From NCBI GenBank assembly GCA_040954595.2, contig CM082591.2, forward strand, positions 2,813,258 to 2,877,257: DNA of 64,000 nucleotides, read 5' to 3'. The translations under genes were made by a program, and so were the position numbers. Under the pieces are notes generated by a model. The model was not told the origin of the DNA. It did no database searches and saw only the letters and a program-made list of their open reading frames with translations. This stretch comes from Balanoglossus misakiensis. Its lineage: Eukaryota > Animalia > Hemichordata. This document shows, piece after piece, positions 56,266 through 64,000 of this stretch; position 1 is the stretch's first letter; each line of letters starts with the position of its first letter.

Positions 56266-59200
56266 GCCCTGTGGGAGGAAAATAGAGAAGAAGATATCCT
56301 CAATAAAAAATACACCGTGTTGATATCCGCTATTTGAAACTGATCTAAAGAAAGTAAGTAAAAAGTTGATAATGTAAAACATCAACTCAAAGAGAAACAA
56401 AAATTGCCACAATGTAACCATTGATGAAACAGTTGGCAATGCGCCTCTGGAAACTTCCACAATTTCTGTTACATTGTAGTGCAAATTCACTTTGTCGTGT
56501 GCATGTCCTTTGAGTTTAATTCGGTACTTTTTAGTCAATTTGTGTATCATAGTGTAGCGTATTGAATTTGGTTACTTCCAACCTGTTTCAAAAAGTCCAA
56601 ACCTCTAATGTCGACACAACAGTTCTAAAATGTTTCTAGTGTACTACTAACTTGTAGTGAGTTGTGTTTAGCGTAACTTGACCCCCAATTTACACCATCA
56701 ATGATCTATCTAACAAAGGTAAAGTACCTTGTAATTTGCAATACAAATAATTCACCAATTGGATTGCAATTTAAGTGTACTCTAAATGTGCCATGGCATT
56801 TTATTTTGGTACGAATACTATCCCGAATTATCAAAACCACAAGAATTCTTGATAAACTCAGCTAGTGGGTGATACAATTGAACAATGTTATTCCATGCCA
56901 AGCATGAAATGGCAATACCCAGAAGGCTGTGTGTTGCAGCAGTCGGTGTGCAACACTGTCGCGAAACCCAACTCGTTGCCACAGAGAAAAAAGTGATGAG
57001 TTGGCATTCTCTGCATTCTAAAATGACAAATATAAATATGACCATCTTTTATCTCTATCAAGATAAAGTCATGTCGAATTTACAGGCCTCGGTCTCGTTC
57101 CCATAGTTACGGTTTATTTTTGGGTCCATTACACCTGCCCTCCCAGACAGACTGTAGTTTATAACCTATTAATCACAGTGGTATTTCGACTGACCCATCA
57201 TAAACCAATAGTCTGATAACGTCCAACAACAAATGCCAACAACAAATCGCGGTTACTCTACTTGAAAATGTCTATAATACTAACTCATAATACTTGGAAC
57301 TCAACCAAAAGCTTCTTCTACTATTTCATTATACCGGTACAAACTGGAAATTGGAATTTCTGTTTTTGTAACGTTCACGTGGTTGGTTTGCTGATATAAG
57401 GCTGCACTACGAACTGATTTTGTGTGGTCTTTACCACCATTGGTGTTGTGTGTAGGGAACATGAGGCATACCGGTACACCTATGATATACATTTCCATCG
57501 TATGCTATGTGAAGCAGATAATTTTGATATTAAGCGAAGACATTGCTAATTGCTGTCCATTTCTAAGACCAGTGATGTTTTTTTCTGCTAGAAATACAGT
57601 GAGAATGCTTACCGAATGTTTTATATACTCCCCTTTCTGGTGGTGTTCGGTTGGTCTTGATATCGTTAACTCAGTGTTCTGTTCTAACAGTACCTCATCT
57701 CCTGACTCAGGCTCATGGTGGAATAAAAAGCTTTGCTCAAATACCTGTACTTTCAAGCTGTCGTCTGACCACTAATTATCAAATATATAAGTGCTACCGC
57801 TATATTAATAATAAATGAAAACCGGCGTGTCTTGTCCCATTCGTCAATAGCCATTTCTTCTGTGTGAAACATATTTTCCTCTGACAAATATTGATGGTAA
57901 CGTCTAAAATATTGTGTTTATTTGATAGTTAGAAGTTGATTGTATAAACACCATTGATGAAGTTGTATTCAACTGTAGCGATAATCTCATGGGTTTAAGG
58001 CGAACAGTCATTTGAAGAGCAGACTAGAGACAATTTGAATCAATTTGGTAGGTTATTGTGTGCCTTTTTCAGTTATAATAAATTAACTACCATTCACGAT
58101 TAGCCCCTAATATAAATTAGAATATAGCATAATTAATTTGGCGGGAAACGAGGTGACAATTGACAGTGGATGCTAATTATGTATTTTAGTACCGCGCAGA
58201 ATTATTATTAATCACCCGTGAAATATTCTATTTCGATTCTGTATCCTCTAATTTGCATTCACGGCGTCAGATGATCAATCCCCGATGGACCCTTCTCTGG
58301 ATCTTTTACCATGTATTAGTGACTTCCAAGCAAACAGTGGAATGGCTAGGAGAATTGAGAAACTAAGAAAGGACTAAACTCAAACAGTAATGACTTTGCG
58401 CGGTTAAGTCGAATTTCGCTCTAACAGTTATACAGCGCCCAAAGAATGTTTACATCAAAGTGCGCCCTCTACCGCGTCCACCGTTTCATTCTCAGAAAAA
58501 AATAGGCTTCATCACGAACGATATTGAAGTTCGCCGTTCATATATCCCCATTCAGACTTAGGCGTTGAATGCGAAATTGTGAAAATGACAACATAATTGG
58601 TCTCGAAAATGAATTGGCAATCTCATGCCTATTTCAAGTCAAATTTAGGCTAATATATTCTTTTGTGCATTATGTATATTATAATTACTGTCATAAACTT
58701 TCAAATTCTCTTTAATTATTCATTATATGAATGTCTTTTCACGGGACACAGAACGGTTATATCCTGTCAAAAATATATCAACCTGTCCATTTGAACATAT
58801 AATATTTAGCGACACGTCATAGGGATTTTAAATGGGAAACCAAGTCCAGATTCATGACGTAGAAAGTTGCATTCAGACAATTAAAAGGTCTGGAGATGAC
58901 AAAACGAATAGAGAACCCCAGCCACAATAACGAATATTACAGTATAAACATGATTAAAGTCACTATACGTACCTTAAGACATACTATGAGCGACATCTTG
59001 TGGTGTGAATGTTAAGCCGTGAAATGAGTCGATTTGGATTGTTACTTGGATAGCTACGTTTTGAAAACTAAGCGTAAATCTATCAAGTTCACAATGACAC
59101 TTCCTGAAATGTACAAGCTTAGGGTACAAGACTCAATCTTAAATCGGCAAATCTCGACTGATAGTTTCCTTGATAGAAAGAAACTCCTCGGGAGACAAGA

Positions 59201-62200
59201 ATGCGTACACTGCTGAAGTTCTAATCCTTATAGTCTTCTCGCCCACATGAACGTGACTGGGCCCACGTAAATTGACTTTGTCCCTAAACTTGTTTGCTTG
59301 TTTGTTGAGAAACGGGGGAACAATGAAAGGAAATCTTAAAGGGTGAAGAAACTCCAATTATCTTTGTCCCAGAGTGCGGCTGTTAAAAGTGCACAGATAG
59401 TACTCATACCCCGTTCTTCGCAACAGTAAAACTGAAGTTTTGGTCGATGAAATGTGTCACCAGGGGAGAAGCCCACGCTTTGTCGTCACATGCTAAAAAT
59501 AAACGCGCCTTGATTTCCCAAAAGCTTGGAAAGTTATCTCAGCCTGCGTTTCTCTAGATACCAGACTGCACCATGGGAAACAGTGTGTATTTTGGGGAAC
59601 CAGTTGTGACTGGCCTGAGAAATTGATATTTCCATTCATTTCAAAGGGCGTCACGTGTCACGTTTTGAATAACGGCCCTCAATCACCTTACAATGAGTAA
59701 CCTTAATGGATAAAAGTTGCCTTTCAAGATCTTTATGGTATCATGAAAGGAAAAGCTTCCCCACCGACGTTGGGGTATCCCCAGGAACCGATATTCCTTA
59801 TCAGACTTTGTGATCGAAACACTATCATGGCAAAAAACTATTCCGGATAAACTGTATTCTTCTCTGTGTTTCAGAACTTGAAGCTTTAATGAGTTCTTGT
59901 GATGTGTGCATCTTTAGGAAGAACATGATAAGAACGAACTATAACAAGAAGTCCAAAATGTCCTGTGGATAGTCGCCATTAAAAGTCATTGTTTCACAAA
60001 TTGACTTTTTTTTCCAACGTTTAATCATGTTCATCGATGTCCATTTTCTGCCCAAATGGACAAACGACTGAAAAAACCTTGATTAAAATGGTATTAAAGA
60101 CAACTAAGTCTCGCGTAGATGATGCCTCCCGCATTAGTTTGTTTCTTGATTTCAATTTCAGAGTGGTTAATATTCTATCGATTCTCCTGGTAATTCTTAT
60201 CTAAGACTTGTTATTTTGCTTCTAATATCACATCCAACCAGGTCCAGTAATCTGCAAGCAGTTTGCCTGGGAGGGAAGGGAGGGAGGGGGGGGGTAGACA
60301 GTGAGGGAAAGTGCTAATAGCATTACGTAGATTACCAGCCTCCCCAGATGTCTATGCGCCGCTATTCCATTAAATTTTGATTTAATTTTATTGATGAGTG
60401 TAATATCCGTCAAATGCACGCTAATTTGGTCAGTAACTTGAAAAAATAAATAATTGATTGTGTAATAATGAAAGTGTCACACTCACATGGGACGGAAATT
60501 GCCACTGTTGATGTGTTTAAGTCGTACCCCAGCTGTACTAGGGGATAGGATAGAAAACGCGGCCATCATTGCACTTTGAAGTTGTCTGGGTTTTGAATGA
60601 TTTACATTTTGACGCAGAAAATTTGTCCTGTGAGCCTGTTGTGTATTCATGTTTATCGTGGACCGACGGTGAGATATACACAGAGAATGATGCGAGAACA
60701 GACAGACAGACAGACACATGCACACAGAAACACACACAGATAGACACTGACGAAGGGATTAGACATACACTGAAGACAGAATTCTGAAATTATAACCAGT
60801 CTTCAAATTCGATCAAAATGGTTACTAAGGGCACCATGCAGCCCTCCCATTGTCCATTCAATTACTGAAGTACACGACAGCGGACACATACATGCGTTTC
60901 GTCTTTTGACATTTCGCATGCGACTTGTCCTCAATCTGTGTCTCTTTCCAAACTGTGAGCCCTCCAACCGTAGCCAGTCTCTTCTGTATACACACACATC
61001 GTGTTCTGTCAGAATCTGTGCGACTGTATAGTACAGCCTTTAATGTTATGAAGTGTAAATGCATTTAATGGCGGTTCACCATTTCCACTTTTTGTCACAT
61101 TTATTATACCCCATTTCCTCTATCTCTGAGTTTAATACAGTTATAAATTAAAATTGGTAAGATCTCGAGTGGCTTCCATGAATGAGTCATCGTACGAGAT
61201 TGGTGGGCGCAAAGTAAGATTTATTAAATGGTTATGATTTTTTTCCCTGCGCATTATTGATCACGACCCATACGGACAAAGATCCCACAGTTGGTGACAG
61301 ATGATTGCACACATTCCCTGTTTAGACATCAGTCAGAATAGAGCAATTACTCCCGGTTACCTGCTAAACCCACCTAATGTCAAATAAGTTTGTTTTTGAT
61401 GAGACTTGGCAGAACCTTCCTGTGATAAAAATCTAATAAAGACAAAAAGGAATATTTTTCGACGAGACTAGATAGGAAATAAGAACGTGTTCCCTTTTGA
61501 GGAGGCTGTAAAAGATTGATAGTGCAGAAGAGGATTTCGTTATGGTCTCTGTGTACTTTTAAGTGCAGTCATTATCTCTCCTCTCACGAATTGGTTTGAC
61601 CAAAACACTTTCAACTTTAAACGAAAAATCTCCCCTGTCTTGTGCGCATCATAGAATATGTTTTTCAACTGGATGGTTGATGATTTTGGAACACACACTT
61701 TCGCAGCCTATCACAATGCCTCTTCGTTTAGAAATCAGTCTTGTTTTGTATAATTCTACAGTAGGCTTCGCATATACACCATCTATCTGGTACAGAGACT
61801 GATTCCTGTAAGCTGACATTGTTGGAATGCATTGTGAGGTGACATTGTTGTCTGACGGACAGAGACAAAATCATTGTTCTGTGTAAATATTTCATGTTTA
61901 ATCGAGGGTACAATCGCAAATTAATGATCCATTTTGATACGTGTACGTAATGCGTGTCATTGGCTATTGAGGTTGTGGTTTTAAGATAAAGAAGATAGGA
62001 TTCCCACAATTGATAAAGCCAAATCTTGTCTTGACAATGGATCTCTTGATTCCATTCTCCACTTATTGACTGTCCTCCACAAGAAAAGACGCTGTCCACG
62101 CTTCTGACTTGTGATCGCCGGCGAGATTAGGGGGAGAAGTATTTGTCAGAGTTCTACGACTGGACTCGCCGAGCCCACATTATCCGCGACTCAATCGAGA

Positions 62201-62479
62201 GTTACTGTTGACAGCCACTTTTGGTAATTGAAACCTTTTCATCCGATCAAAGTTGACATTTTCAAGATTGAGGCTTATGTAGTAATCCCCGTTAATCGAT
62301 AGTCGGCCAACCCTTGGGGACAGAGTCGAGTCCCTGTAGCCATGTGGTAGCGAAATGAACTGCGCGACTGATCATGAAATATAGTCCATTGTCTCCGGCT
62401 TGTAGTCATGTCGAGTTTTATTGATCCTTGCATTATTTTGACATTTAGCAGTGAAATGACTTCCCAATTGTTTTGCACT

Positions 62480-62480
62480 C

Positions 62481-62512
<32 letters not shown>
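62480..62512. repeat. (TTTC)n microsatellite
   Basis: Visible directly. Confidence 0.9.
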
Positions 62513-64000
62513 AATGTCACAATATCAATAAATCAAGTGATATTGACGATGAAAACACACATATTTGACGTTTAAATTGAAAGTGATATTACATGGAAGG
62601 TTTGGTTTAACTAATACTTTTCTTTATTCGTTTCTACCGCTTTACGCCCATGCACAAGCAAAAAGATGGTTTACCGGCAAAACTCAGTCGTTTTGACTCG
62701 AATTACTTCAAATAATCGCAATAATGTGGCCTATCAGTTCAGCGCATTGTAACGTAATTATCAGTCGCCTCTCTGCCTGTAGCGAGATCAAAGCTTAAAA
62801 GAGCGCCTCACAATGGAAATTTCACTAGCGCTCAATTACATTTATTGACAATAATTGGTTACGTTTCAGTGTTGAAATTTGTAATAATGCATGTCACGTC
62901 AATGCACACAGTGTGGCCTTTTTGGTTTATATCATGAGTAAGTTGGTCTACGTTGGGTTCTGTTGCAAACGACTAATTACTATGCACAGGTAACACGCAT
63001 TTATTTTGGGCCGTGCAAGATATGCCCAGTCAGGCAGACATACATATTAGGTCCTAGCTTGCAAGGGTGCAGATAAGGACCATTATCTAGCAAAACACAA
63101 CTGGCTGATTTTGCTTTTCTTTTCTTTTCCCGTTACTTTTTCCCGCAAATGGAACACGCTTTGACATTCCCTCCCCCTCCAACACTTTACCTTCGTTTAT
63201 ATTCGAAACACTAATTTCGAAATGATGCGGGCCACTTCAGATCTTAGTTACACCCACTGCTATGTATCAAGGTACGAGTTTTTAAATACTGTAATTTTTT
63301 AAGGGATATGCACACTCACCATTTTGCAGACATGATTCACCGCCACCCTCGTAACTTGTCCGAAACTAGACATCACGGTCATCGCCCCAAGTTTCACACG
63401 CCTACAGTTTGTTGTATATCACGCTGAAGCGGTAGCTTGCCTTCCTCACTTTTCAGGTATCACAGAGATTCTTTTAATGTGGCTTTTATGGTGGTCCCTT
63501 TAAGTCTTAAGTGGACAGTCAACGGCCGGTACAGTTCAGTGCGGTGTGGTGTGGCTCCCCTAACTTCATGGTTTATTTTCTTTTCGTCGCCAACAAGGGC
63601 AAATGTTTTGGATGATTTTGTCAAACTTCTAAAAGGTTTATTCAGTTTCTGTGTTATGTCATAGTATCATTTAGCTGGCAATTTATTATCGAGGTTTCGA
63701 TCTGAGGCCAAATTGCCAGCATGCTTACTTTTGTTTACTTTGAAAATGGATAGATTCATATCGAATGTTTTCTTCTCATCATCATTAGAACTGCTCAAAC
63801 GCAGATAGCGCAGTAATATGCCAGTGTATCTAAAATTCCGATGTTTTCAAGGACCACCTGCAACTTCGGTGGTCACGAAACACATTAAAAAAAATTGGCA
63901 AGCAAATATTTTTAACTCAATGGTCATTCTTGACAATTGATTTTCTTCTGGGTGGGTCACTGGTGGTCGATGGATGCGTCTTCATTATCAATTTTTCGGC

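Noticed and set aside
61563-62099. 123-aa and neighbouring ORFs
   Set aside because: No recognisable motif, splice context or paralog; treated as chance ORFs.

Overview
AT-rich, intron-rich animal genomic DNA, most likely an invertebrate deuterostome (hemichordate- or echinoderm-like; the taxon is inferred). The ORF track is mostly exon fragments and noise, so I assembled genes by hand from GT-AG splice sites and phases. In order: (1) the 3' part of MYRF (+, 409-6314); (2) an SLC16/MCT-family transporter (+, 8606-11165); (3) a type II membrane mosaic protein with three unknown ~140-aa repeats, an EPN C-type lectin and two LDLa modules (-, 11978-16054); (4) a GH9 cellulase with a cytoplasmic tail and N-terminal membrane anchor instead of a signal peptide (-, 18502-30713); (5) three small secreted-peptide precursor genes on the minus strand that the ORF track largely misses. 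One is a 114-aa galanin/spexin-like precursor (37508-39618) with two amidated peptides, a GMAP-like C-terminal motif and a GAL-like exon phase pattern. The other two are tandem paralogs (50023-51773, 54740-56265) encoding pyroGlu, single-disulfide peptides pQTC(K)GSW...C.GGGIGI[VA]-KR of uncertain family. The peptide cluster is the most likely undescribed system. All homology calls come from remembered sequences; no searches were run.
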